A DNA stretch of 63,983 bases, the filler included, from Porpidia crustulata (taxonomy: Eukaryota), in NCBI GenBank assembly GCA_964255105.1. It is 3 parts of 3 records of this genome, joined end to end, with 100 filler letters (N's around TTAATTAATTAA, not from the genome) between each part and the next. Parts side by side here need not be neighbours in the genome. Positions count along the whole stretch, not along the records: positions 23,279 to 46,422 come from CAXUWE010000078.1; positions 46,523 to 63,983 come from CAXUWE010000219.1; 1 more part is not named here. One strand, 5' to 3'. Both the position numbers and the translations under genes were made by a program. Each line of letters starts with the position of its first letter. Position 1 is the first letter of the stretch. Positions 38,001 through 52,190 of the stretch are shown here, one piece after another. The notes below the pieces were generated by a model, which saw nothing but the letters and a program-made list of their open reading frames with translations, was not told where the DNA came from and made no database searches.

Positions 38001-39362
38001 GCCATCGAGAGCTGCCTCACAAAGCTGCGCAGTATCGACACTGAATCTCGGCGATTGATTTGATTACGGTCGCAATAGAAGTAAGCCAGCGCCTCATCGT
38101 TCGGTTGACTTCTAAGCACTTGGACCATATCATCGACTACCGTTGAGACGAGCCTAGTCTTACCAGCCCCAGCTGCTTACGTTAGATTGGCACTTGGTAA
38201 GGATAAGCACAATTTCAAACAAGGGTGACTCACGAATACCATGCAGCCAGAGCATCGAGGACGCACTTGATCTTCGCCACTGACAATATACCTCATGCAT
38301 CAATAGCCATTGGCAAGTATTTGCAACTCGTCCTCCCCTCGCCGTCCTATGGTTTTCCTCATAAGGAATAGGGGAGATCCAGCAGAGAATATTAAACTGT
38401 TCAGCTTCTTCTATCGTGTCCCAAAGCATTTTAACCCTATCGTCAATGCGAACAATTGGATCCTGTAGCTCTTTCAACAAATGTTTTAGTCCCTGGACCA
38501 CCTGCTCTCTGGAAGATTCGTGGAACACATGAGCATGCATACTCTCGCATGTTGCAGCCTCTTTGAATACCCGATCTTCCAGCTCTCTACAGTTTTGGAT
38601 GTAGTCGAGAACTTCATCCGGCTTCACAATTGCATGAACAAATCTCTTAGCGGTGTTTTGATTGTAATGTAGGTTGGCGCTTGTAAGAAATGTTAATATT
38701 GCAGCATAAAGCGCAACCAGCGCTACCCGCAGGTTGTCCAAGGCTTGGCCCCCTTTGCTGATTATCTGCAACGACTGACTATTCTTTTATTAGTCGCACA
38801 ACTTTATGATTGGTGTCAGAAATATGCCTACTTGCAGCAGAAATCTTATGCCAGCCCAAGGTAATGCTAAGTGAACGGGATCGTAATTGACTATAACGTC
38901 TCCGATTTCCTTGAACTTGTGGAGCCATGCGAAAAATTTTTCCGCCACATCTCTTAAAATCACCTGATGTCCATCGATCTCGACCTTCCAACGTTGTTCT
39001 TCGCACTCTGTCCTCTTTTGCTGCGAGAGGGCACACAGATGATCGATTATATCCCGCGAAGGCTGTTGTGGCACTTGATGTGCCGCTCTATGCTTAGCTG
39101 ACAGACTTTCCAAGGCCCTCGCCCATAGATCTGTGGATGTGGAGCCCCAATCTGTGTTGTTTGATGGGACAGATGCTTCCGCAGTCTGTGTAAACACCGG
39201 AGCCGTATCGCTTGAAGATGATGGATGTGTCAAGGTTGATCGAGGAGACGAATCCACCTGAGTATGGTGGATAGCCGGGGCTTGCGGTCCTCCTGCATCA
39301 GGGCCCTGTTTGGTGATGCGTGCCTTGAAGTGCTGCTTGATTGCCTGACGGATGGGTATCAT
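35053..39362 (-). pseudogene. Fungal NLR-like NACHT-ankyrin gene with multiple frameshifts
   Basis: Has the N-terminal ALPWAGIRFLLQ helical domain, TCQWLL, Walker A (WLHGI-PGAGKT), YFYCD, Walker B (LILDALDEC), IFISSRP, MFQWASLQI, LPSGLLNAYDEIY, FSHLSVQEYL and many ankyrin repeats. Frameshifts occur at about 37860, 37185, 36100, 35775 and 35370. Confidence 0.85.
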
Positions 39363-42300
39363 TAGGTCAAGCAATTTCTATTATCATCAGCGCTGTCTCA
39401 ACAGGTAGGATACAGTCTACCAGTGATCACGACAATGGCATGACAATGGAACCTTCTTGGAGTGCGCTGGAAGGCCATGCCTTCCCTGGTGAGGCTGACA
39501 GAGCTGCGGCAGACACGGGTACCCCTCCCCACCCCTTTATGTTATGTGTCTTTGTTATCTACAACACTGCACAGCAAGATCGGAAAACATTTTAACTTGC
39601 AATATCTAAACGCGAGACAGATGAAGACATCTCAGAGTCACGATACTTCCGTCATGAATCAGTCACGAGGAACATTGCGATAATTGAGGGTCTAATGTCG
39701 TCGACGGTCAATCCATAGCGCGCGTCGTGGAACATTGCAATATATAATCGATCCACTCATCGTGCGTCGTGAGGACAATGATCTGATATAAATATCAAAG
39801 CATCTCTGTCGTAATGTGTCTGCAGATTTCGAGCACTATTACTATTTCCTAATGTTTAACTACTAGCGATGCTGAAATCATGCTGATGTCTCAAGATCTT
39901 CTTGATATAACATTATTTCTTGTCGCAAGTACGCAGTCATTTTGTATAAGCTCATTTGTCTCGGTTGAAGCTCGACGTTTGATCTCGTCACATTCTACAG
40001 GCGGATGCAATGATTACTTCTACGATGCAGCCCATACTGGCCTGCACAGAATCCGCAACGGACAGGCGTGGGAGAAATCGAATGGACCTAGATAGTAGCC
40101 GCTCTTCGTCTATCTCAGCGCCCGGATTCGCATGTGTTTACTGGATTGATCTCGCCTCATGTCTACTCTTCCAATTGCACAATGTCGGAGGAATGATACT
40201 CAACGAGAATGGACGCCCGATGAGTGGCGCATCACTAACCGGGGTTTTAAATCTCATTCAGCCACATAGTCTACCCAATGGCGTGCAGGGGTATTGTGCT
40301 TGATTGAAAATCTGCGTCAGTCACACCACTTCGCCATCAACGAGGAGACTACGATCGAATAAGACGAAGTCAAATTCCGAGGTTCGCCGATGATAAAATA
40401 TATAGCAAAGATGAGAGTTCTCCCCATGAATGAGGGAAATTTGGGGTGTAACGAGTGATTTACAGAGGTGAAAATCTTCGGCTGGCGATTGGACGACTGG
40501 GTTAAGCTGTACAAAAAGATTAGGCAGTCGAGGATGCACAAAACCCATCCACAAAGGACCTTCATAGTTCAAAAACCATGAACGTCGAGCGTGGTCGAAA
40601 AAAATGGGTCGACGAGTTGATTGAGAGGCTTTTATCCCAAGCAATAACCCTAACGCTTGCATGAGATCGCATCATTGATATGCTGCTTTCCGGAAAGCAG
40701 TCTGCATATTAACTTCAACAGCTGTCCACAGTAGGTATAGCATCAATAAGCTTGTCATGAGGGGATAAACGGCCCCTCAACCATGAACGAAGCTTGCGTC
40801 GCTCTCTTTCGCCTTTCTCAATCTTTCTCAGTATATAATCAGGTGGATCTCAAAACTCAGCGTCTATTACAAAGACATCATGCTCTAATATGTCTACGTT
40901 CTCAGTGGTGTAATCTGAAAGTATAATATTTCGATGATCAAGTCCTGCATACGACTCAAAGATGGATCTCCACGATTGACAAGGAAAAATGAGAAGATAA
41001 AATCCCCAATACGATGACGCTAGTGGAGAATCTCCTATATTTCCTGTTCCACCCCCCTAGATAACTTCCCAACAACAACATCAATGCCAATGCCATCAAT
41101 TCCATACCTGATCCGCCAACAGAATGTACATAGACTCTACTGTCATCATACAAAGCGAGGTGATGAAAGTCAGACAGTATTAAACCGACTTGTACTAACT
41201 ATCGATGCCATTTTTAATCTTGGGATCAATTCCAGCCCTCCTGTCTGCCAAATTACAGTCATCGTTTCTGAGCTGTCTCTGAACTTGCTCGCTTCTCATC
41301 ATCATTCCTCTACGACTCACTACAGCAGGCACAATAGGCCTACTGAAGGGTTCTTTTCCAAGTCTTCAAAATCCTGGTCTTTGGTAGCATCTTTCGGGTA
41401 GAAAACATGGACGAAGGCTGAGGATTCCCTAGTGCAATGGCGGCATCAATGCAGACGGATACGAGTGACTCGAAGATTAAGGTGTACCTAAAAAGCGAAG
41501 CGAAGATGATCTAGGACAGGGAGGAGTGTAAAAGCTTTTAGCTTCAAGACATTAAGATCCCGGATAACGCAATTGTAGGAGACACAGCCGAAAATGTCTT
41601 CAATGGAAATTGGTCTCAGGTGGATGTGGCCTTAGAAGGAACAACCTCGAGAGTAAAAGTGAAGATGCTGTTCAAAGGCCTGAAAGTCAATTCAGGCGAC
41701 GAGTAAATCGCGACAGTGCCTGTCAGGCTGTGACAGGTCCTTGCGGCCAGCCAGATGTGTCCTAAGGTTACGAATCAAGTTCTCATTGAGTACAACGAGT
41801 TCCATCTTCACGATATCAAGCCATTCTAAGTGAGGATTAAACGGATCGGTAATTGTATAAGTACCTACCTACAAAATGCTTGTTACTCAACTCGCTATGC
41901 ACTTCTACTCCTTGACCACCAAGTCAGACTCGCAGCACTTGTATGGTTCCCTACGCCATGCGCGTAATCGATTCAACCGGTATTCAGACCGGTCAATCCC
42001 ATTTCACACAAGAATACCTAAGCCCAGGGAAGGTAGAGTATGAAGTTCCGTCGAAACGCGCAAACTATTTGGATATTCTCATCTACTTTGTTGACCATTC
42101 AGATTGATCGAAGAAGTATCAGACGAGCACTATCTTTTAGAAAGCAATAGCGCAACGAGAAGGCCGAAAAATGAATGCAAGTAACCCGGTAGATGGGATG
42201 CTGTTACTGCTCAATGCTAAATTATACTCTCCCATGGCGCCCTTGTATATCCATATATAAGGGCTTGGCGTCGGTGTGAGTAGCTTCTATCCTACTTCGA

Positions 42301-43995
42301 TCTTGAGACTGCTTACTATGTATGGCAGCCTATTATCTCAGAAGCGCAAGACGACACTGCCTAAGGTGTTTGATCAGTATGATACCTCATAGGCTCTTTT
42401 ATCAAAATTGTAAGCCTTCGATCCAGCACTAGATATCTCAGTCAAGACTGTGCGTTCCCCAAGTCCACTGAAAGTGCAAGTCCGGGCTTTCGATGGTGTT
42501 GGTCTGAATAGACAGCTTCATGGTAGCAAAAGTTAAAGAACCCGCAGGATGGGATAAAGAAACCTTCACGCTCATGGCTTTTCAGTGCGATTTGTTAAAG
42601 ACTCGACATCCGTCACCTTGGAATGTCCTTGGGCTTGTTGTTAACATCAGGTCGAGGCTCTGATCATCGACTTTTCTTGCTAGACATCTGGAAGATTTGA
42701 TCCAAATCTAGGCGGTAAGTTCCTGTGGCTGTAAAACTTTTCGGAGCATTGGCTTCGAGTGGTATGTGATGGACGACTGCAAGACAGAATGTCACGTTAT
42801 GAGGCTCCAAGTTATCGCCCTCAGTTGGTTGGGAAACTACCGAGGCTCGGTTAATTATGATCTGACGTCATCACTCGAATCGACTCCAGAAGGCTGTAAG
42901 TTCCGCTAGATGCAACAACGAATTCGATCAGATGCATAGTGTCTTTGCTGCTCGATACACTTACGCTCGAATCAAATGCTCTTCCTACCATGTGTCTCAC
43001 TTCGATGTAGACTAGTGCGACAAGCATAAGAGACTCTTCAGCCCTCGTGTGACTCACAATCAACATACCCTTATGATGGGGATGAGAGGGACGACGAGCC
43101 TACAAAAGCTTGGTCAAGGCCTCAATTTTTCGTATTGTTTTTCGCCTCTTAGCAAATTAAATTGAACAATTGGATACTAACCACAGCGCGAGAGAACGAA
43201 CTTCTATGTGCAATGAAGCACTCAGCTATACTTAGGGATCCTACCGACGACTTTTATGCTCCTTCCTTCTAGGGTAAGGTGGCTAAGAGTTTGGGATCAC
43301 TTTCGATACATACATACGGTACTGTCGCACACAGTTGCTGCTGGTTGATATGGTTTTGCGACGACGTCTGATGCATGATCAATCTGCCAAATCGTTGGGC
43401 CGAGGAAGCGCTCATTGTCGTTCACCTTATCTATCACCATGCTTTCCATATCCTCTGGATCGCATACTGTCTTCTTCCTTGCATCTGCGTTCACGATATG
43501 TCTCCTGCCTTTTACGATACTCCAGTACCATTCAGTTCGCATATTTCTCGTGTCTCTTTATTGAATCACAATACTGTCTTGTGGTTCCTTTTCCTTCCGC
43601 ATACAGCCTGCATTCCAATCTTCATGTGCATGTATCTCAGACACGCAGATCCAATGGCAAAATCTATCACCATACCGAAGGGTCTTATCTATGGGCGAGC
43701 GCTATTGGCTAAGCGCAAGCTCCTCTCCTAGCGGTAGATGCGCCGACTTATCTATGCTGCCGTTACATTGAATGCGACAACTGGGCACAATCTACAGTCG
43801 CTGCACCTGGCATGGATTCCGCGCCTATGACGTTGCGTATAGAGTCGTACAGAATATCAAATATGGATTCCTACATATCAACACGTGACTTGAGCGTCAT
43901 GAGGTGTTTCCCCGCTCATGGACTTTCTCCTTTGATAACCCTCGTGAGCCCCACAAGCTTTTCCTGATTTCCAAGGCATCTTCTTAGGCATCAAG

Positions 43996-46422
43996 ATGGT
44001 CTCCCAGCCTCCACCCTACGAAGATGCTCCCGATATACCGGTAGCAGCTTCTGAGAGTAAATCCGAGAGCCCTGGATCGCAAGAAAAGAATCCGAAAGAC
44101 TTTATGAATGAGAAGGATGTTTTTGCAACTGAAATTGACACTACTCCCCCAATCTACAATGCTGAGGGCGACGACCATTTTGGCGAGACTGCGGTCCTCA
44201 CGACAGCGAAAGATCTCGTGACGCATATCATCCACGTTCAAGATGATCCTTCGCTGAACCCTTGGACATTCCGCATGTTTTTTATCGGTATGGGAAAATA
44301 CCCTGCCTCTTTAAATAAAGCTGATAATCTCTACTTACAGGCATCGGCTTGGCAATCTTTGCTTCTGTCCTTCAAGAGATATACTACTTCAAGCCGCAAG
44401 TAATCTACGTCTCCGTCGTTTTCCTAGCAGTCACTAGCTATATTCTTGGAGAGGCGATGGCCTTTTGCATTCCTAGGCGGGGACCCATAGGTCGCTTCTT
44501 GAACCCCTCCCCTTTCAATTCCAAGGAGCACGCTGCGATGGTCATCATGGCTTCTGCCGCGGCTGCAAACGCTGTTGCCACCGAGATATTAGCAGCGCAG
44601 AAACTATACTACAACATGGATCCCAACCCTGGCGCAGCCATCTTCCTGGTGATAGCCGCTCAGCTTCTCGGATACGGAATCGCAGGTCTACTTCGGGGAA
44701 CGCTAGTACATCCGACCAAGATGCTATGGCCGATAAACTTACCTGTCAACACCATGCTGGAGACGCTTCACAGGGACAAACACGAGACCAAGAACCGCCT
44801 CAAGGTCTTTTACATTATCTTTGCCGTCATCTTCGTATGGGAGACACTCCCAGAGTATATGATGCCTGTCCTGACGGGGGTTTCTATCATGTGTCTTGCC
44901 CAAAAGAATAGTATGGTCTTTACAAATTTGTTTGGGGGCTCCCAGGGCAATGAAGGCCTTGGCTTTCTATCCCTTTGTCTTGATTGGCAATACATTGCCG
45001 GACTAGGGTCACCGCTATGGGTCCCATTGCAAACCTTGACAAACAGTTTCATTGGCTACCTGGGAGGTATAATATTCTTCATGGGGTTGTATTATTCGAA
45101 TTCGTGGCGATCTCAAGACTTTCCTTTTCTTTCTCAACTGCTATATGACACCAGCTCAAATTCAACCAATTTCGCTCCGTATAATGTATCACTTATCCTT
45201 ACACCAAACAACGATATCGATCCCGCCGCGCTGAATGCCAACGGGATTCCCTGGCTTACTGGAACATACATTGGATATCTGATTACAACAAATATGGGCA
45301 TGGCAGCAACATTTGTTCACATGTTTCTGTGGAACTACGATGATGTCAAGGCAGGCTGGTCCTTTTTCACGCTTGCAAATCTTAAGAGTCTCTCGAAACC
45401 ATCGACTTGGATGTTTTGGAAAGGGGGTAAAACCAAAGAGGAGCGGAAACTAGAAACTCTGAACGACGAAGCAATCGATCCTCATTACAAACTAATGGTG
45501 GATTATGACGAGGTACCTCAGTGGTGGTTTGCCATGGTCTTGCTTCTTAGCTTCTCTGTTGGTTTAATTACCTTGTACTTTGTGAATTCAACAATTCCGT
45601 GGTGGGGATACATTGTTGCCAACCTACTCTCGGCAATCATGATTCTATTCTTTGGAGCGCAGATGGGGATGACTGGATTCCAGTTTAATCAGCAACCATT
45701 GATTCAGATGCTTGCTGGATATATCCACCCGGGTAAACCGCTCGGTAAGCAGCAATCCCTCACCTTCCTAACTTTAATACTTGCACGAACTTACCTCGTT
45801 CAAAGCAAACATGTACTTCACCGTCTTCGGCTTCAACTCCATTCAACAAGGTCAGCTCCTGCTGCGCGATCTCAAACTCGCCCAGCTCGCCCACCTCTCC
45901 CCCAAAGCCACCTTCACGGCGCAAATGACCGGCTGCATCATCGGAGCCATCTTCAACTACGTAATGATGACGAGCATTGTCACCAACCAGCGCGCCATTT
46001 TAACCTCCATTGCCGGCTCTAACATCTGGTCCGGGCAAAATGTCCAGCAGTACAACACTCTCGCCGTTGCTTGGAGCATCGCCGGCGATCTCTTTTCCGT
46101 TGGCGCACGCTACCAATGGGTGACCCTAGCCTTCCTCATCGGCATCGCCGTTCCCATCCCCTTCTGGCTCCTGCATCGCTACACCCGCCACCCCTTCTTC
46201 GCCTACATCAATCTCTCCATCATCCTCTGGTACATGGGTTTCCTCTTCGTCGGCATCAACAGCGCCGGCGTCAGCTACTACGCGCTCGGCTTCGCCGGCC
46301 AGTTCTGGCTGCGCCGCTACCACCCGCGCCTATTCGTCAAGTATAATTATCTGGTGTCGGCGGCGCTCGACGGCGGCACGCAAGTGTTGGTGTTTATCTT
46401 CAGTTTCGCGGTGGATGGGGGG
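43996..46422 (+). CDS. OPT-family oligopeptide transporter, 3' end lost in the gap
   Basis: DDPSLNPWTFRMFFIG, NPSPFNSKEH, QLLGYGIAGLLR, NEGLGFLSLCLDWQYI, YDEVPQWWF, PGKPL-ANMYF, DLKLAQ and KYNYLVSAALDGGTQ. Introns at about 44288-44340 and 45744-45805. Confidence 0.93.
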
Positions 46423-46522
46423 NNNNNNNNNNNNNNNNNNNNNNNNNNNNNNNNNNNNNNNNNNNNTTAATTAATTAANNNNNNNNNNNNNNNNNNNNNN
46501 NNNNNNNNNNNNNNNNNNNNNN
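46423..46522. other. Assembly gap with artificial TTAATTAATTAA linker
   Basis: 100-nt block of Ns with a central stop linker. Confidence 0.97.
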
Positions 46523-48236
46523 TCATTATATAGACATAGGAGAATCGTGCCAAGAGCCTATGCTCCTGTTGCTCTGTAGACAGATCCTACAGAGCGTGCC
46601 TGTAGTTACACACTACCCGCGTAGCTATAAGAACAGGGTTCGGGCGGGTCTAACATCAAACCCCAACCCCAACCCAAAAACTCTATCAAAACCTAAACAT
46701 AATCCAAAACCCACTTTCAACCATCACCCTCTAATAACATTATTTCAAAAAATCATTTTCACAACAAAATGACATCCAAAATCCACGAATATTCCTTCGT
46801 TAGCCAACGTATTGACGTGTTAAAGAGTTGATCAAGAAATGTTAATGATTTCAGGACTGTCAAGGTGTGTTGAGAAAAGTTTTCCTTTTTTTTTCTAGTT
46901 AGGGTTTAACATCAGATTCACGAAATTCAAGAACCGAAAAAAATTTAATTAAAATCGTCAATCGGGCAAGGCACGTTCTGCATGATTTAGAGTAATCCAT
47001 ACACGCGTGCCCTGCCTTTTCACCCCTTTCACCGCTAACCGCCCCCAGCTCAAAACATTCATCCAAAGGCGCTTCTCTTGTTCTTGAGATTAATCACAAC
47101 ATCACACATACTCATCCGCTCCGGTTTCCGAAAAACATCTCCTCCCCGTCCCGCGATCTTGGCCGTTTTCGCTTCCGGTCATGCTCGGAAGATGGACTTC
47201 AAACCCCGGTCCGATGATACGCGCAGCGAAAGTAAATCGCGTTTGGTTCCTTGGCGGAGAGGTGCCTCGCTATGCGTGTGTGTGCGGCTTTGTGGACTTC
47301 GAATCAAAGCCGAAATGGGTACCCGTGCATTCCGGGTGTGGTGGCAGCGAAAAAGTGTTGTGATATGACGCATCGGGTGAAAGGGTAGATGATGAGGATT
47401 GAAAGGAGATGTGCAAGGGAAAGAACGGCTGGATTGAAGATTCAAGGCTGGGAATGAAACGAGAAAAATTAATTTTTAAAGCAAGGATAAGAAGGAACGA
47501 AGCAAGGGATAATATATATGCTCTTGGCTCTCGTGAAGTCATGGATTCGTGGAGACGACTTGAAAATACTCAAAATCCAACCACTTTCTCGAAACGCGGC
47601 TGACGGCTATGCGATATGGAGCGGGGTCCGCGTTTTGACACATGGTCATTCAGAGTGCATACAATATCGAGCAGTGGGGAACGAATTAGAAAACGCTACT
47701 GTAAGCGGAATGTGATTCGAGATCTCCGGTCCTTCAGTAGAAGTCCATGAAACAATTCAAAATCCAAGGGCAGAAGAATTAAATTAGAAGAAGCGACGAA
47801 GAAAAAATGAAGCAGAAGAGAAGTTCAAGAGAGACAAACTTGGAATGAGATTCAAAGCAAGCGCAAATGAGATGCATATGATTGGATCAAGCGATAATGT
47901 AGCAGCTCACTTATTGACAGCCTGTCAATGGAAGAAGCAAGGGTAATTGACGCCGTCGACCACTAGGCCTACAGAATCGGTGGACTCGTAATGTGCCGAT
48001 TAATAGGAGATTCAGCGACAGCCATGCCAGCAGGTAGGAAGAGAAATTGTGCTGAGGCGGAGATACCCCTGGCAAGCTAGTAATGTTGTCATTGATTCTG
48101 ATTCGCGGTGAAGGGATCGTATCTGTAACGTGACGGCGAGCCAGTAACGCAGTTGAAACTGGGACTTGTTCTAAGAGCTACCGTAAGTCAATGCGACGAT
48201 ATTGCCTTGCCGTGTTTAATCAAGGTATACGTACTT

Positions 48237-49648
48237 TCAGAGCCTTGATGCTTTTGGCCGCGCCGCGTTCACTGGCATCTTGACAGCGTCGATCCAAGCC
48301 TTGCTCATCCGTAGCATACCATCATCCGACTTCTTACTTCCATGCTCACGAATGAACGTCTCTTCATCAAGCCATCTTCCAACCATCTCTGTATCCAATC
48401 AGCAGTAGCATCCGCACACTCATCTGGCTGCTCAAAGACCAAAAGATGGCCGGACTTTGGCAGTACTTTCTTTTCTACCTTACCCTCTGTCACACCTCCA
48501 TTACCACCAACACCAACGCCAGTCGCTTTGACCTTCTTATCCTGGAAATGAGGTGGTGATAATGGGCTTTTGCCGCCAAAGACCCACAGCACGCTTGGGC
48601 GGAGCTGAGGGAGATTTCGCATGGTGATGAGGGATTCGGGACGGGATGAGTGGTTTCGCAACTCAATCACAGGGTCCCAATCGGGGAGTAGCAGCCGATC
48701 AAGTGTGACGTTCTGCGGATCAAAGCTGATTTGTGCGTAGCCCCATGCTTCTTGGTGTTTGCTAGTGGTCAATGTGACAGAATCTGGAGGGACCATTTTG
48801 TTCTTGCTAGGGTCGTAGAGAGCCGTCGGTACGGCTTGCAGGCCATGTCGTAGATACTTGGCAAGGGCGCGCTGGTCCCATGCTGAAAAAGCCTTCCGCA
48901 GTTGCATCTCGGCTTTGACTCGCGAATCCCAGACGTCACGTCGCATGGTAGATCCAAGTGCAGGGTTTGGTCCGCCATGATTCTCATCCAATATCACAGG
49001 TTCAATGAGTACTAGTGTCGACAGGAGACGAGGATGCATGATGGAAAGATGCACTCTGTAAAATTTGAATTGACATCGTCTGGATTTGGTTGACGAACGT
49101 ACAGTTGCGCGCAGCCCATACTATGAGCTATACCAATCAGAGGACGAGGCATGTCAAGTCGAAAGTGATTTATCATGTGAAGCAAATCACGAGAATGATC
49201 GAACCAAGATGCTATTCAAAAGCGTTAGCATCTCATTCAACGCAAGTGATGTGTTCGACATGCTGCTGTCTCCTTGCACATCCTCGTTCAAAGTACCACT
49301 AGCACCCTGATTCGAGCTGTCTGCCACCCAAACACTTCGTATATGTACACCACAGGATCTTAAACGAGAATAAAGCTCATCCCAAAAGGGCTCATAGGTC
49401 TCCTAAAGCTGCGTTTAGTACTAGCATCTTTGTTTGTAGACGTTACAATTAACTTTCGGAAACCCATTACCGTGCACGCCTATAATGGTCACAGCATTTT
49501 TAGGAACTGGTTTCGACACATCCAAGGGGATATATTGCTTGATAGAGAGTTGCAAGGCGTCTTCTTGGCAGTACCTTGTTGCATTTGGATATTCTCTGAT
49601 GTGCTGCCCATGGATGACATGCTCGACTGTGGTGAACGCTGTAGCCAT
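48237..49648 (-). pseudogene. Alpha/beta hydrolase (AflJ/'toxin biosynthesis protein' type) with a late frameshift
   Basis: EHVIHGQHIREYPNAT, HGNGFPK-ETYEPFWDEL, the nucleophile elbow IAHSMG and GHLLVFE. A 1-nt loss at about 48381 diverts the C-terminus; the restored frame ends ...RPKASRL*. Confidence 0.8.
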
Positions 49649-50002
49649 CAGACAACGTAATGAACATTCCAATGGTGTTGATGATATCGCGGGAAGCTCT
49701 TTGCGAAGCTACATATACGTTTAGAATGCCGGTTCCAGTTGTTACATGGCTGAATCACATGATTGGAATAACCGATAATCCATATACTCTAGCCTTGCGC
49801 GGTTATGGTTTGCTACATCGCGACTTTCTTCGAACCTCAAACATGGGAACAACGGACGTTACAGCATACAGCAATAAGATATCCATGCAATTCTTGAGGA
49901 CAAAAGTACCAAGCGCGCCTCGCTAATTTCATCCGCTTCGAGGCACCCACTTCATGAGATTGAGATTGAGATTGCTTCGCAGACCACATTCTTATGCTAA
50001 TT

Positions 50003-51859
50003 TTATGTATACACAATCTCTATATCATTCTCGTAGAGCTGCAGCGATTGTACGCGCGACACACTACCCTTCGCTGTACGTTCGAAGGGCTTGTTCGTCT
50101 TTGCAAATATAATCAACTCCTCGGACAGCTGCACGGATGGATGACATTGCGCGTTGACCTTGTCTAAATATGGTCGAAGGCTCTCCCGCAAGGTCCTGCG
50201 TCCCGCCTCGGATTTTGCCTTCGTCTGAGCATCTGGGATGAGCTCAACGAGAAGCACAGGCTTAGGTCGACCATGACCACCAATCAGCGCTGCCTTGACA
50301 AGCCGGTTGCGCTCGATTTCGGGTTCGAGGGTTGACGCATGTAAGCCTTCGCCGTGAGCCAGGTAAACATAGTCATCTGTGCGTCCTACAATTTTCCATA
50401 GGCCTTTGCGTTCAGAGTGCTCAACCCAAAGGTCGCTAGTCTCATATCGAGATTTCTCTGTATGTACCATGAATACTTGCTGCATAGCGGCGTATTCTGG
50501 ATGGCGTACAAAAATCAACTCATTCAGATTATCAAGTCGTCGCTCAAATCGTACTCCCACAAAGGGTTGAAAGGAAATGTATTCCCAGTCTTTAGTACTC
50601 TCGCGAAGCTTAACGAAGTATCCACCTGCTTCGGTACTACCGATAGAAGGAGACACTCGAACATATGGAATAAGCTGTGCACCAGTGCTTGTGCCTAAAG
50701 GTGCGCCACAGTAGTGTATGTAGTCGAGACTCCGTAAAGCCGAAAGGCCAGAGGGATCTAAGCAGAGCTGGTCAATGAGAGCCGGAGGAAGTAAGGCTCC
50801 GTTCGGATGGCCATACTTGATGATATCCCGAACAACGTCCGGTGTTGGTGGTAATGCTGACGGTCCTAGGACGACTACGGTACGTATGAAAGCACTCATG
50901 GATGTAATCATAAGCATACCTACGAACTTTTACGGGATCGATTAGTAAGTCATAGTATTCGAATGACGGATCACATACATGAAGTGATGGAAGAGGCGTA
51001 TACCATCTCTTGAATGCATACTGGTGAATGTGGGTCTCCTGAATGTCTCTCAATCCGGCGGCCGTACCTGGGATTGCCATCATCCTGAAAGTATAGGTAA
51101 TGGGCTTAGGGTAACCTAGCGTTTAATGAGTCCAAGGAAGATACTCCATCTATTTGACCAGGACTGACCTGTCGTGCCTGAGGTGTGAAAGACAAGCCAA
51201 GAGTCATCCCTACCATCGTCCCACGACTTCTCGTAAAGCACAGGCTCCGCTGGTGTATCGCAAAGTAGCTTGTGAAGCTCGGGAGCGTCAATTGGCCTTA
51301 CGCTTGGCCCACGCCTTATAATCTCGTCTACAACAGTCGACATGCTCGGAGATCTTACGTAGACTTTGCAATCCTTCAAAGACAAAATACGAAGCTGAGC
51401 CTCAGGAGTGACGAGAGAGGAAGGCAGAACCATCTGAGTTCGATCGAGGAATGACAAATAAGCCCAACACGTTATATTGACAATTTCCATATCTGTCATT
51501 ACAGAACGTGGTGTACCTTATGGAAACAAAGGAAGAACAACGCTACTCCCTACCTTGCCCAACTTTCCAGCCGCAATGGCCAGGATGGGGTATCGGAGAT
51601 CTTTGGGGCCAGCGTAGGCGAACGATTGGAATGACTCGGAAGATGGAGGCAAGCTTTCACGCAACCACTGAACTGCACGATTGACAGCGTTCCAAAGTTG
51701 GCCACACGTGACTTCTTTGTAGCCTTTTGAGAGATCGCCTTCGTCAACTGGTATCGAAACCCAGGTGCTGTTGGGTTCCTGCTGTGCTAATTCGTCGATG
51801 ACGGACAGAATGATGCGCCGACCATGTCTGACGTTTGGAATAGGAAGTGCATCAGTCAT
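50003..51859 (-). CDS. Stand-alone adenylate-forming enzyme (NRPS-like A domain without T or R domains)
   Basis: Four exons splice in frame. Motifs are VFHTSGTTGYPKPI (A3), IGSTEAG (A5), YETSDLW (A7), GRTDD (A8) and TAKGSV (A10), with the stop immediately after the A domain. Confidence 0.85.
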
Positions 51860-52190
51860 GGTTTCACTGGACCGTGGTCTCAAGTATGTGATCTATTGTT
51901 GATGGCCGAAGGTTACATAGCACTCATGGATCAGGAGATTATGCGAGCGACGAGGGAACGAAGGAACTAGCGGGGCAGGACGTAGGTAAGTTTCGCTGAA
52001 TGTTGATCGACTTACCAGTTATTGTTGCGGCCAAGTACTAAAGAGCAACAGCAGGTTTGTCCTGATTATACACGGTCACTTAAGCAGATGCATGGACGAA
52101 AACTTCGTTCCCGTCAATCTCCAGTATCTTTATGCCTACTTGCCTACCCACTAAGAGTGCATCTTTCAATTCCACCCTTGGCCCTTTATT

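Noticed and set aside
46523..47900. Compositionally distinct non-coding stretch after the second gap, possibly a repeat
   Set aside because: No terminal repeats, transposase motifs or second copy are visible in the window.
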